Shown: in pieces, positions 19,556 to 29,592 of the stretch
How the letters are laid out: each line of letters begins with the position of its first letter
Position numbering within the stretch: position 1 is the first letter of the stretch
NCBI GenBank assembly: GCA_964643685.1
Contig: CAZXTN010000001.1
Span: forward strand, 135,936-199,935
Reading direction: 5' to 3'
DNA length: 64,000 nucleotides
DNA from: Candidatus Micrarchaeota archaeon
Lineage (GTDB): Archaea > B1Sed10-29 > JAJRYS01
Notes under the pieces: generated by a model
Told to the model about the DNA's origin: nothing
Database searches by the model: none
What the model saw: the letters and a program-made list of their open reading frames with translations, nothing else
Position numbers and translations under genes: made by a program

Positions 19556-21286
19556 ATGAGCGTAAGATCACCAATAGTAACAGTGCTAGGACATGTAGAC
19601 CATGGAAAAACAACCCTGCTAGACAAAATAAGAGGCACAGCCATAGCTTCAAAAGAAGCAGGAGCAATAACCCAACACGTAGGAGCATCATTCATACCCA
19701 CAAGCGTGATAAAAAAGCAATGCAAAAAGCTCCTTGAAAAATACCACGTGGAACTAACAATACCTGGCCTCCTGTTCATAGACACGCCTGGACACGAAGC
19801 ATTCACAAACCTCAGAAAAAGAGGAGGTTCAATAGCAGACTTAGCAATAGTAATAATTGACATAAACCAAGGCATACAACCGCAAACAGTAGAATCAATA
19901 GAGATACTTAAAGTAAACAAAGTGCCATTCATAATAGCTGCAAACAAGATAGACTTAATCAACGGCTGGAACAGCCAGCCAGAAAAAACAATAATAGAAT
20001 CAATAAATAGTCAAAGAGAATTCGTGCAACAAATAGTAGAACAAAAAATATACGAAATAGTAGGGCAACTAGCAGAACAGGGAATAAGTTCAGAAAGATA
20101 CGACAGAGTAACAGACAGGACAAAAGAAGTCATGATAATCCCAGTATCAGCAAAAACAGGAGAAGGAATAGAAGAACTCCTCCTGACACTAGCAGGACTT
20201 TCACAAAAATACATGCTGAAAAAACTAGACATAGACACTGAAAAACACGCAAAAGGAACAGTACTAGAAGTGAAAGAAGCAACAGGACTCGGAACAACAA
20301 TAGACGTCATAATATACGAGGGAAAAATACAGCAAGGAGATACAATAGCACTAGCAGGAAAAAAAGGCGCATTCACAACAAAAGTAAGAGCGCTTCTGGA
20401 ACCAGCGCCGCTTGAAGAGATAAGGGATACTGGAAAAAAGTTCAAGTCAGTGAAAGAAGTGCATGCAGCAGCAGGAGTTAAGATATCAGCACCTGGATTA
20501 GAAGAAGCACTGGCAGGCTCTCCGCTGATAATAAAAGATAACGCAGAAGAAGCACTAGAAGAAGTAAGAAAAGAAGTTGAAAAAATAGAAATAGAAACAA
20601 AAGAAGAAGGAGTGATAGTAAAAACAGACGCTCTCGGCTCACTTGAGGCAATAGAAAAGCTGTTTAAATTGAACGGCATACCAATCAAAAAAGCAGAAGT
20701 AGGGATAGTTAACAAGAAAGACCTCACAGAAGCTGAGACAATCAAAAAACAGAACAGGTACTATGGAGTAATATTTGCATTCAATACAAAAGTGCCAGAA
20801 GAAATAAGACAAGAAGCGCACAAGAACAACATAAGAATATTTGAATCAAAAGTAATATACCAGCTGGAAGAAGAGTACAAAGAATGGAAAGAACAGGAAA
20901 AGAAAAAAGAAAAAGAAGAGCAATTAACAAATTACATCTACCCTGCAAAAATAAAAATATTGCCAGGACACATATTCAGAATAAGCAAACCAGCAGTAGT
21001 AGGAGTAGAAGTGCTAGCAGGGATAATAAAAAGCGACTACCCATTAATGAACGAGCATGGCGAAACAATCGGCAGGATAAAAAGCATACAAAAAGAACAG
21101 CAGAAAGTGGACAAAGCAGAGAAAGGGGACAAAGTAGCAGTTTCAATAGAAGGAGCAGTTGCAAACAAAAACATACACGCAAAACAGACCCTATTCACAG
21201 CAGTTCCAAAAGAACAGTTGTATGAAATAGAAGACAAGATAGAGGATAAGGAACTAATAAAAGAATTGAAAAACATAAAAAGATAA
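19556..21286 (+). CDS. infB: Translation initiation factor aIF5B (IF-2)
   Basis: GHVDHGKT, GAITQHVGA, DTPGHEAF and NKID motifs. Confidence 0.96.
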   Translation: MSVRSPIVTVLGHVDHGKTTLLDKIRGTAIASKEAGAITQHVGASFIPTSVIKKQCKKLLEKYHVELTIPGLLFIDTPGHEAFTNLRKRGGSIADLAIVIIDINQGIQPQTVESIEILKVNKVPFIIAANKIDLINGWNSQPEKTIIESINSQREFVQQIVEQKIYEIVGQLAEQGISSERYDRVTDRTKEVMIIPVSAKTGEGIEELLLTLAGLSQKYMLKKLDIDTEKHAKGTVLEVKEATGLGTTIDVIIYEGKIQQGDTIALAGKKGAFTTKVRALLEPAPLEEIRDTGKKFKSVKEVHAAAGVKISAPGLEEALAGSPLIIKDNAEEALEEVRKEVEKIEIETKEEGVIVKTDALGSLEAIEKLFKLNGIPIKKAEVGIVNKKDLTEAETIKKQNRYYGVIFAFNTKVPEEIRQEAHKNNIRIFESKVIYQLEEEYKEWKEQEKKKEKEEQLTNYIYPAKIKILPGHIFRISKPAVVGVEVLAGIIKSDYPLMNEHGETIGRIKSIQKEQQKVDKAEKGDKVAVSIEGAVANKNIHAKQTLFTAVPKEQLYEIEDKIEDKELIKELKNIKR

Positions 21287-21307
21287 GCAAAAGGAGGAGT
21301 ATGAAAA

Positions 21308-21703
21308 ATGAAAATAGTGATTTCAGATCCAAAAACAGGAAAAAGCTACCAAACAGAAATAGATGAAAACAAAAGCAAAGCACTATACGGCACAAAAATA
21401 GACGAAGAGATAGACGGAGCACTCATAGGACTAAACGGGTACAAGCTCCAGATAAGAGGAGGAACAGACAAAGACGGATTCCCAATGAGAAAAGACGTGC
21501 ATGGAACAGAAAGAAAAAGAATTCTAATCTCGTCAGGCCCAGGCTTCAAGAAAAAAAGGAAAGGAGAAAGAAGAAGAAAAGGAGTGAGAGGAAACACCAT
21601 TTCAGAATTCATAGAGCAAGTCAATTTGAAAGTTGTTAAAGAAGGAAATAAAAAACTTGAAGAAGTATATGGAAAAAAAGAAGAAAAAAAAGAAGGTGAG
21701 TAA
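21308..21703 (+). CDS. rps6e: 30S ribosomal protein eS6
   Basis: GGTDKDGFPM and VRGN motifs. Confidence 0.95.
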   Translation: MKIVISDPKTGKSYQTEIDENKSKALYGTKIDEEIDGALIGLNGYKLQIRGGTDKDGFPMRKDVHGTERKRILISSGPGFKKKRKGERRRKGVRGNTISEFIEQVNLKVVKEGNKKLEEVYGKKEEKKEGE

Positions 21704-21705
21704 GT

Positions 21706-22899
21706 ATCAAAAAAGTAATTCAATCTGAAGTAAACATCGGAGTAGTCGGCCACGTAGACCATGGAAAAACGACATTAGTAAAAGCACTTACAGGAGAATG
21801 GGCTGACAAGCACTCTGAAGAAATCAAAAGAGGAATAACAATTAGATTGGGTTACGCAGAAGCTTCAATATACTACTGCAAAAAAAGCAAGAAGTACTCT
21901 CCAAAACAAGACTGCGGAAACGGAGAAAAAGGAGAATTTAAAAGAAAAGTGTCATTCGTAGATTGCCCTGGACACGAAACCTTAATGGCAGTGACAATGA
22001 GCGGAGCTTCACTCATGGATGGAGCAATACTCATAATCGCTGCAAACGAGCCATGCCCACAACCGCAGACAAAGGAACACTTGCAAGCCCTTAATATTTC
22101 AGGAATAAAAAACATTGTAGTTGTGCAAAACAAGATTGACACAGTTACAAAAGAAGAAGCATTGAAAAACTACAAGCAAATAAAAGAATTCTTAAAAGGA
22201 AGCATAGCTGAAAACGCTCCTATAATACCAGTAGCTTCAAACTATGGGTTGAACATAAGCGCTTTACTTGAAGCAATTGAAAAAACAATACCAACTCCAA
22301 AAAGAGATGAAAAGAAAAATCCTAAAATGCTAATCGCACGTTCATTTGACATAAACAAGCCTAACTCGGAAATAAAAAAACTAAAAGGAGGAGTAGTTGG
22401 GGGATCAGTAATTCAAGGAAAATTAAAAGTAGGTGATGAAATTGAAATTTCACCTGGAATAAAAGTAAATGGAAAATATTTGCCCCTTAAAACAAAAATA
22501 GTAAGCTTATCTACAAAAGAAGGACAGATTAAAGAGGCCCATCCAGGAGGATTAATAGGTGTAGGCACAACTTTAGATCCTTCACTAACAAGAGGAGACA
22601 ATTTAATTGGAAACATTGTTGAATTGAAAGGAAAAACAACCAAGCCAAAAAACTCAATATTAATCAAATTCAAATTATTTGAAAAATTCAAGAACGAGCC
22701 ATTGAAAAAAGGCGAAACAATTGTAATAAATTCAGGCACAACAACCACAATAGGAACAGTTGAACATGAAAACAGGAAAAAAGAAGAAGCTGAAATCAGC
22801 TTAAAAAAGCCAATATGCGCTGAGAAAGGAGACAAGATAGGAATTTCAAGAAAAGAAAGAAGATGGATTCTCATAGGACACGGAGAACTGTTGAAATGA
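21706..22899 (+). CDS. eif2g: Translation initiation factor aIF2 gamma (start uncertain, probably ATC)
   Basis: In-frame extension upstream of the track ORF gives QSEVNIGVVGHVDHGKT and HSEEIKRGITIRLGYA; also DCPGHE and PQPQT. Confidence 0.92.
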   Translation: MKKVIQSEVNIGVVGHVDHGKTTLVKALTGEWADKHSEEIKRGITIRLGYAEASIYYCKKSKKYSPKQDCGNGEKGEFKRKVSFVDCPGHETLMAVTMSGASLMDGAILIIAANEPCPQPQTKEHLQALNISGIKNIVVVQNKIDTVTKEEALKNYKQIKEFLKGSIAENAPIIPVASNYGLNISALLEAIEKTIPTPKRDEKKNPKMLIARSFDINKPNSEIKKLKGGVVGGSVIQGKLKVGDEIEISPGIKVNGKYLPLKTKIVSLSTKEGQIKEAHPGGLIGVGTTLDPSLTRGDNLIGNIVELKGKTTKPKNSILIKFKLFEKFKNEPLKKGETIVINSGTTTTIGTVEHENRKKEEAEISLKKPICAEKGDKIGISRKERRWILIGHGELLK

Positions 22900-23261
22900 A
22901 AGTGATTATTGACACTAACGCATTTGCAATGATAGAACAATTCAAAATAGATTTGATTGAACAAATCAAAAAAGAGATTCCAAACGCGGAGATAATCACA
23001 ATAAAACAAGTGATAAGTGAATTGAAAAATTTGAAAGACAAAAAAGCAGCAAGATATGCTCTTGCTTTAATAGAAAAAGAAAAAATAAAAATAGAAGACG
23101 CAGGAGAAGGAAAAGCAGACGACGTGATAATCAAATATGCTGAGGAAAAAAAAGCAGCAGTTGCAACAAACGACAAAGAACTTAAAAAAAGATGCATAGA
23201 AAAAGAAATTCCAATAATTTACATGAGGCAAAAGAAAAGAATTGAAACAAGAGGGATGTAA
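22896..23261 (+). CDS. PIN-domain nuclease (Fcf1/Utp24-like)
   Basis: IIDTN, ADD and VATND motifs; usual position after eif2g. Confidence 0.85.
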   Translation: MKVIIDTNAFAMIEQFKIDLIEQIKKEIPNAEIITIKQVISELKNLKDKKAARYALALIEKEKIKIEDAGEGKADDVIIKYAEEKKAAVATNDKELKKRCIEKEIPIIYMRQKKRIETRGM

Positions 23262-23264
23262 AAC

Positions 23265-23774
23265 ATGAATTACAAAACAATAAAATGGGGAAAAATTGAA
23301 GAATTGAATGTAATTATTGAAATTCCAAAAGGAAGCAGCAACAAATATGAGTACGACAAAGAAAACGACTTGTTCAAACTTGACAGGACAATGCACTCAG
23401 CAGTATTTTATCCCTTTGACTACGGCTTCATTCCCGGAACAGAAGCAGAAGACGGCGATGCATTAGATGCAATAGTGCTCGTGGAAAAGCCTACTTTTCC
23501 AGGATGCCTTGTCAAAGCAAGACCCGTTGGCTTGCTTGAAATGGAAGATGAAAATGGAAAAGATTATAAGATAATTACCGTGCCTATTGAAAAGATAGAG
23601 CCGAGAAAAGCAGAAATAAAAACAATAGAAAACTTAAGTAAACATGAAAAAGAGGAAATTGAAGAATTCATGAAACATTACAAGGACCTTGAACCTAGGA
23701 AATGGGTTAAGATAACAGGCTTCAAATCAAAAGAAGAAGCAATTAAGATCATTGAAAAAAGCATAAAGGAGTGA
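23265..23774 (+). CDS. ppa: Inorganic pyrophosphatase, family I
   Basis: IEIPKGS, YGFIP and DGDALD motifs. Confidence 0.95.
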   Translation: MNYKTIKWGKIEELNVIIEIPKGSSNKYEYDKENDLFKLDRTMHSAVFYPFDYGFIPGTEAEDGDALDAIVLVEKPTFPGCLVKARPVGLLEMEDENGKDYKIITVPIEKIEPRKAEIKTIENLSKHEKEEIEEFMKHYKDLEPRKWVKITGFKSKEEAIKIIEKSIKE

Positions 23775-23782
23775 AGATAAAC

Positions 23783-24364
23783 ATGTATGAATTGGTTACA
23801 ATGAAGGACACTATAAGAATCCCGCCTAAACTGTTTTCAAAATCCCTTGAAGAATCAGCTGTAAAAGCACTTAAAGAAAGGTATGAAAGCAAAATAATCC
23901 CTGACTTAGGAGTAGTTATAACAGCAGTAAACCCAAGGGAAATAACAGACGGAAGAATCATCCCAGGAGACGGAGGGACTTATCACAACATAACTTTCGA
24001 TTTGCTTACTTTCAAGCCAAAACCGCATGAAATAATAAAAGGAAAAGTCACTGAATTAGCTGAGTTCGGAGCGTTCATAAGATTCGGTCCAATAGATGGG
24101 TTAGTGCACGTGTCACAGATAACAGATGACTACATGAGTTTGAATCCAAAAACAGAAGCTTTAACAGGAAAAGAATCAAAAAAAGTAGTGAAAAAAGACG
24201 ACGAAGTAACAGCAAGAATAATAGCAATTTCAATGAAAAACAGCGTCACAGAAAGCAAGATAAACCTTACAATGAGACAAGAAGGGCTTGGAAAAGAAGA
24301 ATGGTTAAAAATGAAAAAAAAGAAAAAAACAAGCTCTAAAAAGACAAGCAAGAAAAAGAAGTGA
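23783..24364 (+). CDS. rpoE1: RNA polymerase subunit Rpo7 (E')
   Basis: IPGDGG, FGAFIRFGPIDGLVH and LTMRQ motifs. Confidence 0.95.
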   Translation: MYELVTMKDTIRIPPKLFSKSLEESAVKALKERYESKIIPDLGVVITAVNPREITDGRIIPGDGGTYHNITFDLLTFKPKPHEIIKGKVTELAEFGAFIRFGPIDGLVHVSQITDDYMSLNPKTEALTGKESKKVVKKDDEVTARIIAISMKNSVTESKINLTMRQEGLGKEEWLKMKKKKKTSSKKTSKKKK

Positions 24365-24388
24365 AATTGAAAGGAGTTGAATAAAAAA

Positions 24389-24577
24389 ATGACTGAAAAA
24401 GCATGTGAAAGATGCAGGTTAATAGTTGAAGGAGACATTTGCCCTGTTTGCAAGGATTCAAAACTAACTTCAAACTGGAAGGGCTTTACACAAATAATAG
24501 ACCCTGAAAAATCAGAAATAGCAAAACTCATGGGCATAACAATGCCAGGAAAATATGCTATAAGAATAGGAAAATAA
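24389..24577 (+). CDS. spt4: Transcription elongation factor Spt4
   Basis: CERC...CPVC, SEIAK and PGKYA motifs. Confidence 0.95.
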   Translation: MTEKACERCRLIVEGDICPVCKDSKLTSNWKGFTQIIDPEKSEIAKLMGITMPGKYAIRIGK

Positions 24578-24595
24578 AAAAAAGGTGGATGAAAG

Positions 24596-24916
24596 ATGAA
24601 AATAGAAGTAATTGAAGAAAAAGAAAATCCTTTGCTACATAGGAGAGAGATAAAAGCAATTGCAACAGGTTTTGACAAGACACCTTCAAGAGAAGAAGTC
24701 AGAAACCAATTGATTGCAAAACTAGGAGCAGAAAAAGACACTCTTCTTTTAGATGAAATAAAACAAGAATATGGAAAAAAAGAAGCAGTTGTCTTTGTAA
24801 AAATATACGAGTCAAAAGAAAAACTTCTAAGATACGAGCAGAAACACAAGATAAAAAGAAACAAGCTAGAAGAAAAAAAAGAAAACAAAAATGAAGAAGA
24901 GGAGAAAAAGGAGTGA
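24596..24916 (+). CDS. rps24e: 30S ribosomal protein eS24
   Basis: NPLLHRRE and TPSR motifs. Confidence 0.93.
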   Translation: MKIEVIEEKENPLLHRREIKAIATGFDKTPSREEVRNQLIAKLGAEKDTLLLDEIKQEYGKKEAVVFVKIYESKEKLLRYEQKHKIKRNKLEEKKENKNEEEEKKE

Positions 24917-24923
24917 AGATTAA

Positions 24924-25073
24924 ATGGCTAAAAAAGACGCTTATGAAGTGAAAGACGGAAAAATAATAAGAAAAAAACAAAGCTGCCCTAAATGCGGGGA
25001 GGGTGTTTTCCTAGCAGAGCATAAGGACAGGTACCACTGTGGAAAATGCGGTTACACAAGGTGGAAAAATTAA
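24924..25073 (+). CDS. rps27ae: 30S ribosomal protein eS31 (S27ae), absent from ORF track
   Basis: Manual translation gives [25 protein letters not shown]. Confidence 0.95.
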   Translation: MAKKDAYEVKDGKIIRKKQSCPKCGEGVFLAEHKDRYHCGKCGYTRWKN

Positions 25074-25074
25074 A

Positions 25075-25593
25075 ATGATAAAATCAATCCTCCTTTACGC
25101 AATAATGCTCGCACTTGCAATTGCAAGCGCTAAAAGAAAAAAAGGAGGAATTGTCAAAAACATTGGATTCAGAAAAACGGAAGTAGTTGAAGAAACAAAA
25201 TACGCTTTATCAACCCTATTTCTCCTGTTCACTGCTTCATTAATAATCGGGCTTATTTTTTTCAGCATAGGGCTAAGCAAAGACGCTTCAATTGTAAGAA
25301 GCACTTTGAAAGAAATACCCCTGTCAGATATCTTGATAGTGCTGGTAATAGGTTCAATCACAGAAGAAATTTTTTTCAGAGGATACATACAGAAAAAAAC
25401 AAACATAACAACAGCTTCTTTTATTTTTGCTTATTTTCACATAATTTACGGTTCATTAACAGAAGTAGTAGGCGCCTTTTTCCTGGGATTAATTCTCGGA
25501 TACGCGTTTGAAAAAAGGAAAAACTTGTACGCGCCGACACTAGCTCATTTATTGTACAACTTGATAACAGTGTCTATATTAAATATGGTTTAA
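25075..25593 (+). CDS. CPBP/Abi (Rce1-like) intramembrane protease
   Basis: EEIFFRG, FAYFH and HLLYN motifs; hydrophobic. Confidence 0.88.
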   Translation: MIKSILLYAIMLALAIASAKRKKGGIVKNIGFRKTEVVEETKYALSTLFLLFTASLIIGLIFFSIGLSKDASIVRSTLKEIPLSDILIVLVIGSITEEIFFRGYIQKKTNITTASFIFAYFHIIYGSLTEVVGAFFLGLILGYAFEKRKNLYAPTLAHLLYNLITVSILNMV

Positions 25594-25608
25594 GGAAAGT
25601 GAGGGCAG

Positions 25609-26544
25609 ATGATTGTTCTTGGAATTGAAAGCACTGCACATACTTTTGGAGTAGGCATAGTTGATTCAAAAGGCAAAGTGCTTGCTAACCAGAGAAGCAT
25701 GTACAAAGCACAACCAGGAAAAGGGATAATTCCAGCAGACGCCGCGTTTCATCATAAAAAACAAGCTCCAATTGTGCTTAAAAAAGCGCTTGAAGAAGCA
25801 GGATTAAGCTTAAGCGAAATTGACAAAGTAGCTGTAGCCATAGGGCCAGGCATACCTCCTACATTATGGGAGGGGATTAATTTTTCAAAAACTCTTGGAA
25901 AAGAGTTGATAGGAGTAAATCACTGCGTAGCGCATATTGAAATAGGAAAATTAACAGGAAAGCTAAAAGACCCTTTAACTCTTTACACTTCAGGTGGAAA
26001 CACGCAAATCACAGCAAAATTAGGTAACTTGTATAGGGTTTTTGGAGAAACTCTTGACATAGGTGTTGGAAACGCTATTGACAAGTTTGCTAGAAGCAAG
26101 GGGCTTGAGATGCCAGGCGGGCCTAAAGTTGAAAAACTTGCATTAAAAGGAAAAGAGTACATTAACTTGCCTTATACAATCAAGGGCATGGACCTTGCTT
26201 TTTCAGGATTAGTTACTTCAGCTTCTAAGAAAAAAGGAAAACTAGAAGACTTATGTTACTCTTTTCAAGAAACAGCTTTTGCCATGCTTACAGAAGTAAC
26301 TGAAAGAGCTCTTGCGCACACTGGGAAAAAAGAAGTTCTCTTAGTAGGAGGAGTTGCTCAGAACAAAAGACTCCAGGAGATGATTAAACAAATGAGCAGA
26401 GAGCATAAGGCAAAATTTCACGTGCCACCAGCAAGCTTATGCGGAGACAATGGGGCAATGATAGCATGGGCAGGAGTAGTTAAAAAAACAAGGGAAGAAA
26501 TAACAGCAAAGCCAAGATGGAGAACAGATGAAGCAAGTTTATAA
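25609..26544 (+). CDS. kae1: KEOPS t6A transferase Kae1
   Basis: GIESTAHT, NHCVAHIE, SGGNTQ and DNGAMIA motifs. Confidence 0.95.
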   Translation: MIVLGIESTAHTFGVGIVDSKGKVLANQRSMYKAQPGKGIIPADAAFHHKKQAPIVLKKALEEAGLSLSEIDKVAVAIGPGIPPTLWEGINFSKTLGKELIGVNHCVAHIEIGKLTGKLKDPLTLYTSGGNTQITAKLGNLYRVFGETLDIGVGNAIDKFARSKGLEMPGGPKVEKLALKGKEYINLPYTIKGMDLAFSGLVTSASKKKGKLEDLCYSFQETAFAMLTEVTERALAHTGKKEVLLVGGVAQNKRLQEMIKQMSREHKAKFHVPPASLCGDNGAMIAWAGVVKKTREEITAKPRWRTDEASL

Positions 26545-26568
26545 AAAACAAAAGAGTTGAATAAAAAC

Positions 26569-26937
26569 ATGAAAACAAATGAAAAAGTATTAATTCTAAT
26601 GGCTTCAGCAATAGCGCTCATAATCCTAAGCAGTTTCATAAACTTTCCTTCTCCTGGAAACAAGTTAAAAATAGAAGTGCTGAATCAAAAAGCAGTAAAA
26701 TTAAATACAAACGAAGAAGGGCAATGCAAGTACGTGTTGAACGTGACTATAATAAACAAAGGAAAACAGTTAGATGATGCTATATTTATAGTTAAGATGG
26801 TAAAAGGAGGAGCAGTAGTGGAACAAGATGACTTTGAAACAGGAACAATGAACGAATTAGAAGTGAAGAGCTTTCAAAGGAATTACACAAGAAGCTGCGA
26901 CTACATTGACGAGTTTAACCTGTCTTTTTCAAGATGA
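26569..26937 (+). CDS. Hypothetical N-anchored beta-rich exported protein
   Basis: N-terminal TM followed by an Ig/CARDB-like pattern (VTIINKG) and two Cys. Confidence 0.6.
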   Translation: MKTNEKVLILMASAIALIILSSFINFPSPGNKLKIEVLNQKAVKLNTNEEGQCKYVLNVTIINKGKQLDDAIFIVKMVKGGAVVEQDDFETGTMNELEVKSFQRNYTRSCDYIDEFNLSFSR

Positions 26938-26947
26938 AAAGAAACGC

Positions 26948-27709
26948 TTAAACTGCTTCTGAAAGAAGATCCTCTTTTGTCAATACAAGAACATCTTCAA
27001 AACCATGCTCCTTGACATACCCGTACCAGTAAACAACAGCACCAGGTCCATACAACTCCAAATAAGGCTTTAACTGATTCCTGTAATTTTTTCTGATTTC
27101 ACGAATATCTCCGAAACTTGACTTTGATTCAACCCAGTTAATTTTTCTTCCTTTAATTTTAATAGGTTTTTTCAGCAAAAAATCAGGCGTCTTGCTCCTA
27201 CCCAAAGCAATGCTGTCCTTCTCTGTTTCAAAACCAACCCTTTTGCTTTTCAACCACAAGGCAATCTCACTTTCAGCGCTTTTTCCATTCCTCGCCTGGG
27301 ACTCAGAAGAAGCAGGAGAGTAAACAAAATCCTTCTCAATGCACTTTTCAACTTCCCTTTTTACTCTCTTATCTTCAAACAAGGAAGTGTCTTTCAAAGC
27401 CTGCTTTAGAAACTTTTTAGAATAACCAGCTTCATTCAAAATAAAATTAGCCATAAGCACAGGTGGAAAATTATACTTTTTAGACAATTGGTAAATCGTC
27501 TTTCCTTTCTTCCATTCCCTATACAGCTTCTTAGCATCCTTTTTAACAACATAATAACTGCGCAAAGTGTTCCTTGTTATTTTTTTAGCTAAAATGTTAA
27601 AAAGCATGTTAAAAGGAAAACCCATCTTGTTATGCATCAGCTCAACATCGCTTGGGGAATTCAAACGAGAGTAAATGAAATCATACTCATCTTTGGATAA
27701 AACAACCAT
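26948..27709 (-). CDS. C15orf41/CDIN1 (TPD domain) PD-(D/E)XK nuclease-like protein
   Basis: KTPDFLL, WVESKSSFG and YGPGAVVYWYG motifs. Confidence 0.85.
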   Translation of the reverse strand: MVVLSKDEYDFIYSRLNSPSDVELMHNKMGFPFNMLFNILAKKITRNTLRSYYVVKKDAKKLYREWKKGKTIYQLSKKYNFPPVLMANFILNEAGYSKKFLKQALKDTSLFEDKRVKREVEKCIEKDFVYSPASSESQARNGKSAESEIALWLKSKRVGFETEKDSIALGRSKTPDFLLKKPIKIKGRKINWVESKSSFGDIREIRKNYRNQLKPYLELYGPGAVVYWYGYVKEHGFEDVLVLTKEDLLSEAV

Positions 27710-27744
27710 AATAAACTTAAACACAAAAAAGTATAATAAGCAAT

Positions 27745-28332
27745 ATGTTGATTTACAAAGGAGCAGAAGCAGACTTAAACAAAATCCATTACCTGGGATT
27801 CAGCGCAGTGGAAAAAAGAAGAAAAAAGAAAAAATACAGAATAAAGCAAATAGACGAAAGAATAAGAAAACAAAGAACAAAACAAGAAGCTTCAATGATG
27901 ATAAAAGCAAGAAAAAAAACAAACACACCCTTCATTTTCAGCATAGACCTTGAAAAAAAATCAATAACAATGGAGTACATTGAAGGCAAAAAAGCAAAAG
28001 ACTTCTTCAACGAAAAAAGCAACGCAAAAATAATGGAAAAAATAGCAGAACAAATAAGAAAAATGCATGACGAAAACATAATACACGGCGACTTGACAAC
28101 TTCAAACATAATAATAAAAGAAAAAGAACCTTTCTTCATTGACTTCGGTTTAAGCTACACATCCGGCAAAACAGAAGACAAAGCAGTTGACTTGCTTAAT
28201 CTTAAAAAAATGATGAAAGCAACGCACTTCAAAAACTTTGAACATTTATGGAAAGCATTTGAAAAAGGATACAAAGACTCTGAAATTTTCAAAAAAATAA
28301 AAGAAATAGAAGCAAGAGCAAGATACTCCTAG
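27745..28332 (+). CDS. bud32: KEOPS kinase Bud32
   Basis: GAEA, HGDLTTSN, IDFGL, EDKAVDL and RARY motifs. Confidence 0.95.
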   Translation: MLIYKGAEADLNKIHYLGFSAVEKRRKKKKYRIKQIDERIRKQRTKQEASMMIKARKKTNTPFIFSIDLEKKSITMEYIEGKKAKDFFNEKSNAKIMEKIAEQIRKMHDENIIHGDLTTSNIIIKEKEPFFIDFGLSYTSGKTEDKAVDLLNLKKMMKATHFKNFEHLWKAFEKGYKDSEIFKKIKEIEARARYS

Positions 28333-28347
28333 AAAAACCTTTATAAA
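28332..28347 (+). promoter_or_regulatory. BRE/TATA promoter of the rps15 operon
   Basis: GAAAAACCTTTATAAA. Confidence 0.6.
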
Positions 28348-28532
28348 CCACATTATTCAATAAATTAAACGCTGATTATAGTAAAAAAATGAAAATGTTT
28401 TCTAATTCAGCACTTAAAAAACAGCTTACGAGGACAAGCGCCAAAACACGCTTGAACCTGACGCTGGAAAAAAAGAGCAGGAAAAAGTAAGATAAACCAA
28501 AGGCTCTTAAAAATTAAAAGGTGAAAACGCAA

Positions 28533-28991
28533 ATGGCAAGAATGCATAGCAGAAGAAAAGGAAAATCAGGATCCACACACCCAGTCAAAAAAGTAGCACC
28601 TGAATGGGTGCAATACTCAAAAGAAGAGATAAGAGAGATAATCGTAAAAATGTACAAAGAAGGAAAATCAATGTCCTTAATAGGAGTAATTTTAAGAGAC
28701 CAGTATGGAATCCCTTCAGTAAAAACGGTAGTAGGAAAATCAATAAAACAGATACTGGCAGAAGAGAAGCTTCTTGGAAAATGGCCAGAGGACTTAATGA
28801 ACCTGATGAAAAAAGCAGTAAGGCTAAGAAAACACTTGGAAGAAAACAAAATGGACAAGCACAACAAAAGAGCACTTCAATTAACAGAATCAAAAATAAG
28901 AAGGCTAGTTAAGTACTACAAGTCAATAAACGTAATTGACAAAAAATGGTATTACAAACCAAAAGAAGCAGCTTTGTTAATCAGGGAATAA
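28533..28991 (+). CDS. rps15: 30S ribosomal protein uS15
   Basis: MARMHSRRKGKSGS and ESKIRRLVKYY motifs. Confidence 0.96.
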   Translation: MARMHSRRKGKSGSTHPVKKVAPEWVQYSKEEIREIIVKMYKEGKSMSLIGVILRDQYGIPSVKTVVGKSIKQILAEEKLLGKWPEDLMNLMKKAVRLRKHLEENKMDKHNKRALQLTESKIRRLVKYYKSINVIDKKWYYKPKEAALLIRE

Positions 28992-29001
28992 TGGTGATTA
29001 A

Positions 29002-29592
29002 ATGGTTAGGAAAATAAAAACTAAAAGGAAAACAACAGACACTTGGAAAAAAAAGCAGTGGTACACAATCAAAAGCCCTAAAGAATGGGAAGAAAAAGAC
29101 ATCGCAGAAACACCTGCAAACGATGACAAAAAAATAATAAACAGAGTCGTGAAAGTGCCTTTAAGAGAAATCACAGGAAACATAAAACACCAATTCGTCA
29201 AAATACACTTCAGAGTAAAAGAAGTGAAAGGCTTAACAGCCTACACAGAACTAGATGGATTTGAAATGATAAGAGAAGCCCTGAAAAGAAACGTAAGAAG
29301 GCACAGAAGCTTAATAAGAACAATACAAAAGATAAAAACAAAAGACAACAAAACAATCAGAATAACAGCACACTGCTTCACTGCAAGAAAAACAGAAACA
29401 ACAAAAAAAGACGAAATAAGAAAAATAATGGCTGAAAAACTACAAGCACTAAGCAAAGAAACACTCGACTCACTAACAAGAAAATGCCTGTTTGGACAAA
29501 CAGCTTCAGAAATAGCAAAACAAGCTAAAAAAATAGCACCAATCAAAAGAGTTGAAATAACAAAAGGAAAAGTAATCAGGGAGAAAGAATGA
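29002..29592 (+). CDS. rps3ae: 30S ribosomal protein eS1 (S3Ae)
   Basis: WKKKQWY and KIAPIKRVEITK motifs. Confidence 0.92.
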   Translation: MVRKIKTKRKTTDTWKKKQWYTIKSPKEWEEKDIAETPANDDKKIINRVVKVPLREITGNIKHQFVKIHFRVKEVKGLTAYTELDGFEMIREALKRNVRRHRSLIRTIQKIKTKDNKTIRITAHCFTARKTETTKKDEIRKIMAEKLQALSKETLDSLTRKCLFGQTASEIAKQAKKIAPIKRVEITKGKVIREKE

